Of a stretch of 58,526 bases of DNA, positions 36,546 through 50,987 are shown piece after piece. The stretch is from Octopus bimaculoides. Lineage: Eukaryota. The stretch lies in the NCBI RefSeq assembly GCF_001194135.2, contig NC_068987.1:61136764-61195289 (forward strand). The letters run 5' to 3'. How positions within the stretch are numbered: position 1 is the stretch's first letter; each line of letters begins with the position of its first letter. Under the pieces are notes generated by a model. That model did not search any database. It had not been told where the DNA came from and saw nothing but the letters and a program-made list of their open reading frames with translations. The position numbers were made by a program, and so were the translations under genes.

Positions 36546-38442
36546 GTAAGATTTTCGTTTATTTTTATCATTTTTCCTTAATAATTTTAGGTCTCAAGCG
36601 TTTAAATAAATGAAAATACATAAAATAGAAATGTCTATGAAACTGGATTGAACTTGCTGTAAATAGAAATAAAATCTCGTTCTGTCATCTTTAGAAAGTG
36701 AAAGACACATAAGAAAATATAGTCCTAGATAGACAGTGCCTGGAAAGAAAGGCTAGTCATGGATTTAATACCTTTAATCATAAGTCATTTGTTCAGTCAT
36801 GAAGAACTAGATTGTAATGATCAAAGTGGTTTCATCACTATGTTATACTGTTATTATCTCCTTCATATTGAGAGCATGGATGACAGGGTCCTGAACAACA
36901 ACATGAAGAGAACAGTTGCGGTTGACACCTTGTCACCAGAGTAGGAACAATTTACCATTGTAAGCAGCATCATAAAATTGATGAGTATTTTAGATGGCCT
37001 ATCGTACTGAGTTTGATGCTGTTCCTGTTGATCTTACCTGTAATAGGTTTGCCTCCAGTTAAAGGAACTTATCTCTCATCTGCTTACATAGAAACTGGGA
37101 ATATGAGGAAGCACAAGTCTAATAGATTATGTAGATTTGTGAAATAACATTCACTTCATTGATTCACTAGATTTGGAGTGTACTGAAAGTAATACATTCA
37201 CAGGCATGGCTGTGTGGTTAAGAAGTTTACTTCCCAACCATGTGGTTTTAGGTTCAGTCCCAGTATGCAGCACCTTAAACAAGTGTTCACTGCTCTAGCA
37301 TCAGACCAACCAAAGCCTTGTGAGCAGATTTGGAAGACAAATGGAAAAGAAGCTTGTTGTATAGGACACTTGTTCCTGCCCTCTTTCTTGTTGACACTTA
37401 TTCCTGCTGTCTTTCTTGTTAACTCTCTCTTTCTCTCTCAGGGTAACTATGTACAGCAAGATACCTGTTTCTCTCTCTCTCTCTGTCTCATAACCTTTCA
37501 TCGTCTGATACCAGATCACCTATCAATGAAGGTACATGCCCTCCTCCACTCTCAGAGATCCTTGCCTTGCAAGCTACTTGGTGACCTTTCCAGTGCTTGT
37601 CACTTAAAAAGCATCCAGTCCACAATGTGAAGTGGCTGGCATTTGGAAGGGCATCCAACTGTAAAAATCATGCCAAAACTGATCTCGCCTCTGCTGGTGT
37701 CATGTAAAAAGCACCCAGTCCACTCTGTGTGGTGGTTGGTGTTAGGAAGGGCATTCAGTGGTAAAAACCATGCCAAAACAGATTCAGAAGTGTGGTGCAG
37801 TCTTCTGCCTGGCCAGCTCCTATCAAACCCATGCCAGCATGGAAGGTGGATGTTAAATAATAATGATGATGATGATGTGTGTTTGCTTGATTATATTTGC
37901 ATTCACTTACTTGAAAGTCACAGCATCAGTGCTGTGAGCACTTTTATCAATAACTTGTGTACTTGTTTCATGCCTTTGAAATCAGGTGAAATAAGAGATC
38001 CTTTGCTTTGTGTTAAGAAAGGTAATCTGGCTGTAAAGCAGTACCTTAATAACATATTTTACCAAACCCATGCCCACATGGAAATATGAACAAACAACAT
38101 ATTTTTAACTGTCTACTGCTCTAGCTCCAGACTAACCAAAACCTTGTGAGCAGATTTGGAAGAAAGAAATGATAAAGAAGCTTGTTGTGTAGCACACCTG
38201 TTCATGCTCTTTTCTTTCTCTGGCTGGGTAACCTCTCTCTCTCTCTTTCTGTCTCACTATATAACCTTTCAATATCCGATGCAAGATCACCTCCTACAAT
38301 GCCCCCACCCCTTCTCAGATTCCTTGCCTTGCAAGTGACTTGGTGACCCTTCGAGTTCTCATGCCACTTAAAAAGCATCCTTATCAAATGTTGTCTTGTT
38401 TCAGTTTATGTTTACAAATTCTTAATTTGTTCTCTACCTCAG

Positions 38443-38560
38443 GTGAAAGTTAAGGGAGCAATGAAAAAGTTGAAGAAACTGAAAGACAGTAAATCACTTC
38501 CAGCTAAACTGAAAGGAAATAAGTTGAAAAATAAATTGACAAGTAAAGAAGCAGCTGGTG
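38443..38560 (+). CDS. PUM3: PUM3 coding exon 2
   Basis: ctcAG...GTaagt; VKVKGAMKKLKKLKDSKSLPAKLKGNKLKNKLTSKEAAG; 118 nt; phases 0/1 fit both neighbours. Confidence 0.85.
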
Positions 38561-40825
38561 GTAAGTATCCTTCAGATTCCTATAGTTTCCTTTATTTTTT
38601 TCCTTGAATTTCATTAAGAATTAAACAGTACCATCATGTAATATATACATTTTTGAAATATTAGCAAAGCAGATTTTCTCAAAACCCCTGCATTATTTTG
38701 GCCACATTTTATTTATATTTTTGTCACTAAAATTCATACATAGTTTATTACTAATGAAATATACTGTGTATTAAATGTAATTGGTGGGTTTTAACAGAAT
38801 ACCAAAATCAGCACATGCATGACTATATGGTTACCAGGTTTGCTTTGCAACCACATAGTTTCAGGTTCAGTTCCACTTTGTAGCACCTTTTACTATGGTC
38901 CTGGCTGGCTGGTGCTTTGTGAGTAAATTTGGTTAGTGGAAACTACAAAGCCTGTTGCATACAGATGTGCATGTATATCTGTGAGTGTTGATATTCTGTG
39001 CTGTACTGTGCTAAGCTACAGACAGTGATGTTAGTTGACATTTCCCTGTCAACAAACCATCCTGAAGCTCTGTACCTTCATTGATAGTTTTCTTGAAAAA
39101 CAGGTAACACTTAACAAGAAAAAGGATGTTTCCATCTATAATTCTTCCTTTCAGGGTCACTAAAAAAATGTAATTAGTCACCCAATGGTGTCAATGTAAT
39201 TGATTTTTCCTCTACCTTCAAAATTTCTGGTCTGGTGTTAAAAATTCGAAAGAATTATTAAGCTGTTGTTTATCAAATCTTCCTTACATGAAATTATAAT
39301 GAAATGTTTTGATTTAAATATAAACTTTTTAGAATGATACATTTGTAGCACAACCTAGCATGATGTTAGACATGTTAAAGCTAAAGTTGAAATATAGGAT
39401 ATATATTTTCCTTTCTTTGTGATAGCTTTCATCACCCTTCAGTGTATGTACCATTTGAACTCTGAGCAAATTATCATGTAACATCTGTTTTCCATGCTGG
39501 CATGGGTTAGACAGTTTGAATGGAACTGGTAAACCAGAGAGCTGCACCAGGCCCCTGTCTGTTTTGGGTTGGTTTCTATGACTGGATGCCCTTCCTAATA
39601 CCAACCACTTTACAGAGTATTGGGCATCTTTTACATGTCTCCAGCTCTGGCCACAATGATTTCACATAGTTTGATGTGTCTTCTCAAACACAGCAAATTG
39701 CTAGAAGTGTCAGTCACTTGTCATCAGCTCTGTAAGACTCAACAACCAACGATCATATTTCACCACCTCATCCCACATCTTCCTGGGTCTATTGCTTCCA
39801 CAGTTAGAAATCAGCACTTCTTTATGCAGCTTTTCTCATCCATATGCATCACATTACCATACCAGCACAGTCTTCTCTTGCACACTATATCTGATGCTTC
39901 TAATACCCAATTTTTCTCTTAAGACATTTACACTTTATCATATGTGCACGCTGGTATTACACAACCTGTGGAGCGTGCTAGCTTGATTTCTTTCAAGCCT
40001 TCACATGTGCTCTAAAGTCACGGCCCACGTTTCATTGATTATAATCAAAGTAGTTTGATCTCTATACTCATTTTTGTAAAGAACTGTAACCAAAGATATC
40101 ATCCTAAAAGATCTTAAGAGATATACCAATTCCTGAGAAAGCTTTCTATGTCAAGTGTAATCCTGATTATAACTCTTGCAATCTTTTAACTTGTCTTCAA
40201 TACACTACCTGATATAATTTATTTCTTATAACTTTCAAATTTGCCTTTCAACTTTTCAAAGGTTACTAAAAAAAAGTACTAATCTAGACTGATGGATTAA
40301 CAGAACTGTAAGAACATTGGATCAGATACTTTGTATTTGTTCTGGCTCTATGTTCTAAGTTCAAATCCTGCAAATTAGCATTCTTGAGTGGGTAACTTAA
40401 CCTGTTGTCAGGTATAAAATCTCTCTTATTTGCTACCTTGGATTCTTTTAGTAGAGCTTACTCTGCTTCTTGCATTCAAGCAAGATCCCTGGTTTGAAGA
40501 TATTTCCCTCCCTCCATCCTGCTAGCCTTAGAGGCCTTTTAAAGGGTAATAAGTCCTACCTCTTCTGACTATATGATGATTAAAAATAAAAACCAGACGA
40601 GTTTTGAATGTTATAGCCTACAGATACTTTATTTTACCACAGTAGTTGTTTTATCACAGGAAGGTATCTCCACCCTTCTTCCTTCAAAGAAAATCACAAA
40701 ATGAATTCGATAAGAACTAATTTTGCTTCTGAGTTCATAAGAAATATCTTATGTTCTTGTTTTATTGTATTTTAATCTGAGTTACTTTGTGTTTCTAATA
40801 TTTTACTCTTCTCTCTTTGTAATAG

Positions 40826-40946
40826 ATGCAAAGCGAACAAAAAAAGCTAATAAAAATGCGAAAGAGGAAAAAAAAGATTTTAAAAAGTTGAGGAATAATT
40901 ACGCCCTGCTCCAAAGTTCAAAACAGATTTGGGAAGAACTGAGAAA
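40826..40946 (+). CDS. PUM3: PUM3 coding exon 3
   Basis: aatAG...GTaaga; DAKRTKKANKNAKEEKKDFKKLRNNYALLQSSKQIWEELR(K), matching the PUM3 AKQMWEILRRK region; 121 nt. Confidence 0.93.
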
Positions 40947-43116
40947 GTAAGATTATTTTTCTGTGTTTATTTCTTGGAATTTTGTAATTACGTTGTGCAA
41001 AGTGGATGTGTGTTCTGTAAGATCCAGTTAAAAATTTAGTTCTTGTTATGAATCTATAAAGTCATATTCTTAATAGCTAAGCTTAAAGCTGTACCAGTCT
41101 AATCAGGATCCACAGGACCAGTGCATGTTGTTCTTTTTTTGTTTTTGTCTTGTAACATTTAGCAAATGGGAGGAACCTTTCCTCTTTGAAAGACACTAGT
41201 ATATGGCAGTTTTTTTTTTTGTTTGTTTTTTTTTTTATAGTGGCCAGGGAGTTAATTTACCACTTTTGGTAGCTTTGAGGAAACCTCTATGTTGTACAAC
41301 TTTCTAACAAAAGCAGCCAAATCATTTGCAAAATACTCCCTACCATCTTAAATACAGAAGGACATGTTAGATAATGCAATCCTATACATATTCCTTAAAA
41401 AGACAGGATGGTCGTTGCTGGAACGTCTTTGACCATAAAGTCTGTTTAGTCAACATTTATAGAACTTGAAACAAAATGTATTTAGCTTTTAAGTACCATT
41501 ATGGCCACATATACTGAGGGTGCTGGTGACTGAATACAACCTGACTACTTGTCTGCTGTTCTCTAATAAAAATAGTGATGGAAAAATGAGTGTTTAGAAA
41601 TATATACTTTTTATAGAATTTCATAAGCAGCTAAGTTTATTCAAACTAATGCAACTTATCCATGGCATATGGTGGGGAAAAATACATATTTGTTTCCAAG
41701 TGAATAACTTTTATAGATAGGTACATTCTCACATTTACTGTAAGCAGTAGGAGTACTACATCAATTACAATTGTTTTGTGAGTTTGCTGAACTTACCTTT
41801 CAACTATTAAAGATCATTACAACTAGAATACTCTCATGAACATTACAATATCTTATGGCTATGGAAAACCACTATGATTGAAGCAACCATAATATTTGAA
41901 AGATTTAAGCTCACAATTTGATTATTTATAAAGCAACTGTTCAAAAAGGTAAAACTGAGAGATGCTTAGGAAGATGACTGACAAGAGTATATAGGCATCA
42001 TTCACTTTAGGCTTTTTTCTTTAAAATTTCTAATTAGATTATTTCTGATCCGCTATCCTAAAAGTTATCCAATACTGATGCTGTGATACTATACAAAACA
42101 TTATCTTGCCTTGTCTTATTTAATACAACTGAAAATAGGTGGTGAAATGTCTAATGTTAGAACATCAGATTTGTTTTAAGTTTCTGCTTTCAGAGTTCAA
42201 ATCTTATTGAGGTCAACTTCACCTTTTATGCTTTTGCAGGGTAGATAATAAAAAATACCAATTCATAGCAGTGAACTGGTAAAACTATAAGTACATCAGA
42301 CCAGATGCTTTGTAATATTATGTTTCTGGTTCTTTTGTGTTCTGAATTCAAGTCCTGTCATGGCCTACTTGGGTAGTAAACATAAGCCATCACCCAGTTT
42401 GAAACCCTGAGTGTTTTCAGCAAAGTTTTGGGCCAGATCTCCAGTTCAAGGCACCTTCCTGTTAACCCCTGTAATGGGTTGTTGGGCACTGCCTTCCTTC
42501 TTGACTAAAAGATAAAAAAAAAATTAAGGTCCAATTCTTTAAGTAATCAGTGTTGACGATATCATCCATATATGAAACTAAATCTCATTCACCCGTATTC
42601 TTGAATTTACCAAATTCATGTGACTTAGTGACTAGGGTATTCTATTCACGATTGTGAGATTGTGTTCAATTCCTGGCAACACATTGTGCTCTTGAGCTAG
42701 ACATTTTATTTCACATTGCTCCAGGCTATTCAGCTGACAAAAGTGAGTAGTACCCGTATTATTTGAAAGGCCCAGCCTTGTCACACAGTGTGTCATGCTG
42801 AATCTCCTTGAGAAGGTACACATGTCTGTGGGGTGCCCAGCCTTTGCTTGTTAATTTCACTTGCAAGTTGTCCCATTGTTCAAATCAGCTGAAACACTCA
42901 TCGTCATAATTGACAGAGAGTCAATTATGATAGCGGCCACTATCCAAATTATGCTGACATGGAACTCTTAATGTAAACTTCTAGAGTTAATTAAACTAAA
43001 TGTCAATAATATCTATGTGTATAATATATATCTCGGTATAGTGGAAATTAGTCATGTCTTTTTAAAATGTCCAAGAATTTGTGTACTTTAGTAATATGTA
43101 ATGGTTTTTTTCACAG

Positions 43117-43192
43117 ACATGACTTGACTGTTGATAAGCGAGTCAAACTTTGCAATGACCTTATGGATATATCAAAAGGCAAAACACAAATG
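43117..43192 (+). CDS. PUM3: PUM3 coding exon 4
   Basis: cacAG...GTgagt; HDLTVDKRVKLCNDLMDISKGKTQM; 76 nt. Confidence 0.92.
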
Positions 43193-44298
43193 GTGAGTTT
43201 ACTATATTTGTTATAAGTATCTCCTTTATCGTCTAAATTTTTTCCTGTCACTTTGTGAGTGGGTAAGAAGACAGTTACAGGCTATGTGAAAAAGAAATGT
43301 AATAGAAAAACAATCTCACATAGGTTCATAATTTTTTTTTTTTTTTTTTTTTCAGGTATTGGTTGTGCTATTAGTTGTACGATATACATTCAAATATTGG
43401 CCATGCTAATTTTTTACATTTTTAGTTAAATAATTATTGTGTGGCTAAAAAGTAAGTTAGACTCTGTCTGAAGACCATTCTAATTATAGGCATCGACATC
43501 GCTGCATAGTTGAGACATTTGCTTCCAAACCACATGGTTTCCAGTTCAGTCCCATTACATGACATCTTGGGCAAATGTCTTCTGCTATAGTACTGGGCTG
43601 ACCAAAGTCTTTTGAGTGGATTTGATAGTTGGAACCTTTAAGAAACCCGTTTTGTGTGTGTGTGTGTGTGTGAATCAGAAAAGGGTCCAAGGTCTTTCTC
43701 AAACCATAGGCTCATATGGTTGGTTTCCCAGATTCTGTGGCATATATAATGCTCACCTGGATAGGATTCCAATCTGTCACAGGATTATTCACTTTTGCCA
43801 GTTGAATGGACTGAAGTAATATGAAGTGAAGTGTTTTTCTCAAGAACACAACTCATCACCTAGTCCAGGAATTGAAACCACAATCTGACAATCATGAGTG
43901 CAACACCTTAACCACTAAGCCGCACACCTTCACACATGTGTGTGTTTGTTTGTATGTGTGCATGTATGTATGTATGTCACTGTCTCCTTGTATTAACATT
44001 TCATGATAGGTGTAAGTGTGCGTCACTCTCATGCAAGTGATGTCCTTTGTTTCCAATCTTCCAGGACAGGTCTGGTCATTGGGAAACAGGTAAAGGTTGA
44101 TGACAGTAAAGGCATCCCACCAAGCAAATTCCGTCTGATCCACACGAGCATATAAAAGTGGGCACTAAACGATGGTGGTGATGATAACTATTACTACATG
44201 ATAAATGTCATACTAATTTGTATAACTTCACTTTATTTTTGTTGCTATCTATATCTCATCTAGCTACTCATTAAAATGTAATTTCTTCTCTATTTCAG

Positions 44299-44392
44299 AT
44301 GGCCTTCACTCATGATGGTGCCCGAGTATTACAGTGTCTTATTCAATTTGGGAACATGGAACAGAGAGCTACCCTCTTTGATGAACTAAAAC
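44299..44392 (+). CDS. PUM3: PUM3 coding exon 5
   Basis: ttcAG...GTatgt; MAFTHDGARVLQCLIQFGNMEQRATLFDELK (compare IAFAHDSTRVIQCYIQYG); 94 nt. Confidence 0.95.
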
Positions 44393-46109
44393 GTATGTCA
44401 TTTATTAGATATATGATAGAATCAGTTATTTTATTTCCCTCTTCCCCCTCTCTCCAAAGAACTATATTTGCAGTTAGGAAAGGAAAATGATAACATAAAA
44501 TGGTAAAGAATGCGGTTTATTCCTTATTTATCAACAGCTTTCAGATTTATAAAGAAATTGGTAGAAGAACTCTAAAAACAGAACATCCATATTATTCTTA
44601 GATTTGACATCTGACTGTCTCCACTCCATCTACTTCTCACCCTTCTCCACATTCTTGCAACTGTACCCATCCCTAGGTGGGTAGCTCAGTGGTTAGAGCA
44701 TCGAGATCAATCATGAGGTAATGAGTTTGATTCCTCGACTGGGCTTTGTGTTGTGTTCTTGAGGAAGACACTTTTATTTCATGTTGCTCCAGGTCACTGG
44801 TGCCCAGCTGTATCGGCTTTTGCCCTTCCCTGGATAATATCGGTGGCATGGAGATGGGAGGCTGGATTGCAAGGGTGACTGCTGGTCTTTCATAAACAAC
44901 CTTACCTGGACTTGTGCCTTGCAGGGTAACTTTCCAGGTGCAATCCATAATCATTCATGACTGAAGGGGTTCTTTACCCCTTTTTTATTCATCCGTGCCA
45001 ATTCTCCTGTCTTCATACTCTCTTCTATTCCCCTTCATGTTACATTGAGTGATACATTCCAGCACCACTCCAGATACCCATGTAAAATATGAAGTAGCTA
45101 TAGGTCTCCCCAACAACAAACTTGTCAGTGATCACTCCATCTCACTTTCACTTAAGGAGACTCTTTAATCTTGTGAGTTACTAGGTGACTTCACTAATGC
45201 TGGTGCTTTGATAAAAGTACCTAGTACATTCTGTAAAGTGGCTGGCATTTGGAAATGTATCTAACCATAGAAATCATGCCAAAACTGAGACACTTGAGCA
45301 AGAAGTGGTCCTCTAGCTTATTGGATCCTCTCAATCCATCCACTTCATGTCAGCATGGAAAGCAGATTTTAAAATGATGATGATACAAATTCTCAGTTCT
45401 AACAAAGTTGGTGGTGGGTGAAATTTTAACATCCATGCTTTCTCCAAGTATTCTAGAGACCACACTAAAATTATTCTATGCACCAGAGAAAATTTTTGGT
45501 AAAATGCATCAGAAGTGGGTGATTGCAACTATCTAGCCTTGGTCATCAATATCATCATCGTTTAATGTCTTCCTTGCATCTTGACATGAGTTGGACGGCT
45601 TAACAGGAGTTGACCAGGCTTCTGTGTTTGTTTTGGCATGATTTTTACAGCTGGATGCCCTTCCGAATGCCACTTTACAGTGTGGACTGGATGCCTTTTA
45701 AGTGGCACCAGCACTGGCAGGTTCACCAAGTAACTTGCAAAACAGGGAATATTTGCGAAGGGAGGAGATAGAGCAAATTTGCTCTGCATTATCAAATAAT
45801 TATATGATAAACACAATCTCAATAAGATTCTTGTGGGAAGTTTATTGTGCTGGTAAGATTTAATTTGTCAAGTGGAAGCGTTCAATTGCATCTGGGAAAT
45901 CAAAACAATCATGGACTGGGTTCATTGACAGTTTTGTAGGGGCAATTGAAATACATAATAATTAGGTGGATTTAGGTGCAGGCAAGGTTGTAGTTAAGAA
46001 GTTTGTTTCACCTCATACCAGTTTCAACTTATATTCAAATATGTATATGTATTTACATTGTCATCTTTTCCTATCAACTTATTCTTTACTTTGCAATTTC
46101 ATTCTCTAG

Positions 46110-46176
46110 ATAAAGTTGTTGAGATGGTCGAGTCAAAATATGCAAAATTCATTGTCCGAAAATTTCTTAGTTATGG
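46110..46176 (+). CDS. PUM3: PUM3 coding exon 6
   Basis: tctAG...GTaagt; (H)KVVEMVESKYAKFIVRKFLSY(G); 67 nt. Confidence 0.93.
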
Positions 46177-47986
46177 GTAAGTTGATTGTACTCATATATT
46201 CTCTCCAATATATTTTTTGCTCAAAATTATTACATATGTTCATGTTCAATAAAACTTACAAAACAAAGAAGGTATCCCTAAATCTTAGAAAATGTTGTTT
46301 TTTTTTTTCCTGCTGGTTCCACCAAAGCTGCTGCACAAGAATGTTAAAAACCGCTTTGAATGTTATATGGAAAGCATTTAACTAATGAGCAGTTTTATCA
46401 AGATCTACCCAAAGTGGCTGAGAAGAATGAGAATTGCTGATCATTGCAATGCATAACCTATGCAGACAGTTTGCTTCAGGACAGCCAAATGTTGATGAAT
46501 TAAGAACAAGCATAGGGCACCGTGATGGCTGGCATGCTTGCATGAAATCATTGAAGCATCTGGGAGGATGGCCAAACTAAACTAAACTCTACACTAAAAA
46601 ACTGCTTTCAGTTGATGTCAGGGGTTATGTGAATGGCATGGCACCTGCAAGAAAAACTGCTAGTAAGCATATAGGATTAAGGTGTTTGTAAGAGGTTTAG
46701 CTTTATCAGAGGTCCATCCACCCTATACCAGCATGGAAAGAAATGGCAGTTACAATATACCTGGGAATAAGAAAAAAATATCACGATAATTTGCTACTTT
46801 GCCCCATCTTTTTCCTTTTGTGGTACTAAAATTATCAGAAATTGTTGCCATTTTCTATCTAAATGTCCAACTCTTGTGCTATTATTGTTTGTTATCTCCA
46901 AGATAACTTCAATATAAGGCATTCCAACTATAATGATTCTATTTTTTATTCAATGTATTTACTACTAAATATATGGCTTTCAAATGGAAGGATGTGGTTT
47001 GAGAGAGATTTAGGTGCTACTTTTAACAGGCCAACTGACTCTTATATAGGATTATTAGCATTTGACCTGGTGTTTAGCCTAGTCAGCCTTGATCAAACCA
47101 ACATTTAATCACAGACAATTCAGCCATAGCCATCACACCTTCAAGTATTTCACATCCCGGCACTATAGTATGTAGTGTAACCTTTTTATGGTGTAAGATA
47201 TAATTTGAGGGACATTCAGCTGTTATTTCTAGCGAGTCAACTAACCACATTTGTGTTCTGTTAGAAAGCTGCTCTAGTTAGTTTAGGTTAGAGCTTAACT
47301 ATCTGTCTGGGGAAGAAAGGTGTGATATTATCTATTATGTCACTAGGATCTGTAAATTACCAGTAATATGTTCAAGCCATTCATTCTATTTTGATGCCCG
47401 CCAATTCTACATGTACATACACACCTTTTACTAAAGTTAAGGTAAAATATCCAAAATAGAGAGAGAAAAACTGTTCATGTTTAGACCATAAGTTTGAATC
47501 ATCTACACTACTGAAGGCTATTAAGTTGATTTCTTTTGAATCTAATTTAACAAGCTTTTGTAGTAAATAAATCATTGATCTCCCTGGAAAAATTACTAGT
47601 GGGGACACAAGCATCTTATCCAAGAGGATCGTGTCACTAAAAATATGTACTGATCCTTGTGGACTTTATCAGAATGGCCTTGTTCTTAAGTTAAAGAAAA
47701 CAGGAATGTTATTGTGAAGATCAGTTGATCAGTAAATTTCCATATAACCCTCAAATGAAAATGTCACATTTTTAATATAAAAATATACCTGGGAATAGAT
47801 TTTACAGGAATGGAATAAGTATGGTCCATTGGATGAGAAGTATCTAATTCAGCTTGTTTATGAAGAAAAACAAAAAGATGTCTTTATAATTTTATTTTTT
47901 ATAAACTAGAATTAAAGACATAATATATGCATTGGTGTTGTTTTAATATTAGATTGGTTTCAATTATATTTAAATTTCTTTTACAG

Positions 47987-48056
47987 CTCAAAGACTGAAC
48001 GAAATGCAGTATTTAAGTCACTTTGCAGCCAAGCAAGTAGACTTATTAGACACAGA
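47987..48056 (+). CDS. PUM3: PUM3 coding exon 7
   Basis: tacAG...GTgagt; SKTERNAVFKSLCSQASRLIRHR; 70 nt. Confidence 0.92.
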
Positions 48057-48310
48057 GTGAGTATAAAAATTAGCACGTAAGAAAGTCAACTAGCTTGACC
48101 ATGGAATCCATTATTTTTTATTGTTTTTCAGTTCCACTTAAACTGTTCCCACCTTCTTTTTTGTAATGTGAGTTACTGTGTAGCTTCCCTATATCAAGAA
48201 ACCTGTTCTGTTCTGGACCCTTTTCTTTCATTTAAACACCTTGTCCCATAGCAGAAAGCCACCACTTTTCTACTGTAGCCACATTTAAGTTACAGGCTGC
48301 AAGCTTACCT

Positions 48311-48883
48311 CATCATCATCATCATCATCATCGTTTAACGTCCGCTTTCCATGCTAGCATGGGTTGGACGATTTGACTGAGGACTGGTGAAACCAGATGG
48401 CAACACCAGGCTCCAATCTAATTTGGCAGAGTTTCTACAGCTGGATGCCCTTCCTAACGCCAACCACTCANNNNNNNNNNNNNNNNNNNNNNNNNNNNNN
48501 NNNNNNNNNNNNNNNNNNNNNNNNNNNNNNNNNNNNNNNNNNNNNNNNNNNNNNNNNNNNNNNNNNNNNNNNNNNNNNNNNNNNNNNNNNNNNNNNNNNN
48601 NNNNNNNNNNNNNNNTATGTGCCACCCGCACAAGAGCCAGTCCAGGGGCACTGGCAACGATCTCGCTCGAAAATCTTACGAAGGCCAGTCAGGCGGTACT
48701 GGCAACGGCCACGCTCAAAATGGTGCATCTTATGTGCCACCCGCACAAGAGCCAGTCCAGGGGCACTGGCAACGATCTCACTTGGCTTGCCGGGTCTTCT
48801 CACGCACAGCACATTTCCAAAGGTCTCGGTCAGTAGTCATCGCCTCGGTGAGGCCCAATGTACGAAGGTCTTGCCTCGACTTG
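48311..48883 (-). mobile_element. Young 5'-truncated RTE LINE (ORF end, 3'UTR and (ATG)n tail), copy 1
   Basis: SRQDLRTLGLTEAMTTDRDLWKCAVREKTRQAK* (stop at 48778), then the 3'UTR and tail; interrupted by an N-gap; appears to sit in or beside an older sense-oriented repeat. Confidence 0.85.
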
Positions 48884-49961
48884 AAAAAAAGCACCCAGTA
48901 CATACTGTAAAGTGGTTGGTTTTGGAAAGGGTATCCAGTCATAGAAACCTTGCTAATGCAAATATTAGAGCACAATGCAGTCTTTAGACCTGTCAGGTCT
49001 TGTCAAACAGTCCAACCCTTGCTGGCATATCACATGGGTGTTTGACAATGATAGGGATGTCTATCTTTGCTACAACCATTTTATTACAATGCAAAATAAG
49101 ACATTGATATTGCTGCTATCAATATCTGCTGTTTGTGCACAAGGAATGTGTATTATTAATAAATATGGTTGAATCTTCCTTCACTTTGCTTGTTTCAAAC
49201 TCTGATTTCGAAATGTTTCAAATCAACATTATTTTAATATCCACTTTTCCATGCTTGCGTGGTTCAGATGGAATTGAGAAACAGATTTTCTACCACCAGA
49301 TACCCTTTCTGTCACCAACCCTTACCTGTTTCCATATAAGGTAGTATTTCCCCATGGCCAGAAATCTTTTTACTGGAAACTGGAAACACAGCATTCCACT
49401 TATATGCCAGTAGTATTTGTTTACAAATATCGCATGATCTCAAGACGAGGAGACGCAAACTCACATATATGTATGTACATACATATACACACACACAAAA
49501 TGGGCTTCTTTCAGTTTCTGTCCATCAGATTTAGTCATAAGGCTTTGGTCAGCTCAAGACTATAGTTGAAACACTTGTTCAAGGTGCAATGGTATTTGAA
49601 CCCATAAGCACTTGGTTGGAAAGCAAACCTCTTTAACCACACAGCCATTCCTGCACCTATTCCTCAAAACTTAAGAATTATATCACAATATGTGAAAATG
49701 GTGCAGCAGTCCAGATTTATTACAGAAGAGACAAATGAAGTATAATTCTCATACATTTTTTTAATGGCATTAGTAATATAATTGAGGTGAAATGGCTTTG
49801 ACTGGAAATTGAAACCACTCTGTAGGTCCAGGTCCTCAGACAGTTACTTTCAATCACTTCATTCTTTCCCCCCACCTCATCATTATCGTGAAGCAGTTCA
49901 GAAGACATGGAATATATTGCTGTATGTTGACCTTAAAACATGTATTTCCATTTGTTTTTAG

Positions 49962-50066
49962 GAAGCGTCAGAAATCATTGAATATACATTTAATGAATAT
50001 GCAAATGCAACACAACGCCAAGCACTCTTGGAGGATTTCTATGGTGCAACTTATAAGTTTTTGAAG
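49962..50066 (+). CDS. PUM3: PUM3 coding exon 8
   Basis: tttAG...GTatta; EASEIIEYTFNEYANATQRQALLEDFYGATYKFLK; 105 nt. Confidence 0.95.
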
Positions 50067-50883
50067 GTATTATTGCAATTTTTTCAGTATTTTCAGACTC
50101 TCCATTTATAAGCACCATTGCATTCTTTTAAGTGAATGTACCTGAGTCATTCAGAAATCCTTAGTTAAAGGAATAATTCTGTGATTATAATCATTCTTGC
50201 TTTTCAGTTTGTTTTTTTCTTTTTTCATTGTTGTTATCAGGGGGAACCACAGAACAGCAAAATTGATAAACTGTTGGACAAAATACTTTGCAGTGTTGAG
50301 TTCCATCCTTATAAATTCTAGATCCAAATCTTGCCAAGGTCGACTTCCTCAGGGTTGTTAAAATAAAATTAGTCAAATATAGGAGTAGGGTTGATGTAAC
50401 TGATTGTCCCTTTCTCCCTAAATGTACATAACCCTGTTACTGTTTGATACGCTCTCAGCTTTTGCAGGCCTTGTTTTATTTTCATGTTAAGTGAATGAGA
50501 GAATTTCTTTCCTTTGGATGAGATGCTAGTTTTTTTTTTTTTTTTAAAGCTAATTTTGCTTATTGATCTTGCACCCTCATGATGATCAGATAAACTGAAA
50601 TAATGCAGAATGTTATTCTACCCAGAAACAATTTACTCACAGTGGATTTCAAGCCAAAACCTATAATGAAGTAGTAGGCCAATAGAATATCTACATAGCC
50701 ATTTTACTACTACTATTAAAATAATGAGAATGTATAAAAACAAAATTCATCGTCATTTAACGTCCGCTTTCTATGCTGGCTTAGGTTGGACGCTTTGACT
50801 GAGGGCTAAATTATTATTATCAATCTGTTTTCTGATAATTTTCTTCTTTTAATTCACTCACAACTGCTTTTTTATTCTTCTAG

Positions 50884-50987
50884 AATGATCAGATCACCTG
50901 CTTACAAGATATGTTTAATGCATACCCCAAGAAGAAGGAAACAATTTTGGATAACATGAAGGAGATTTTAGTTCCTCTCATTGAAAA
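50884..50987 (+). CDS. PUM3: PUM3 coding exon 9
   Basis: tctAG...GTgagt; NDQITCLQDMFNAYPKKKETILDNMKEILVPLIE(K); 104 nt. Confidence 0.93.

Noticed and set aside
36965-37021. Box C/D snoRNA-like stem in a PUM3 intron
   Set aside because: It has an 8-bp terminal stem, TTGATGA and CTGA, but only 22 nt between the boxes, no recognised rRNA complementarity, and it lies in probable LINE-derived sequence.
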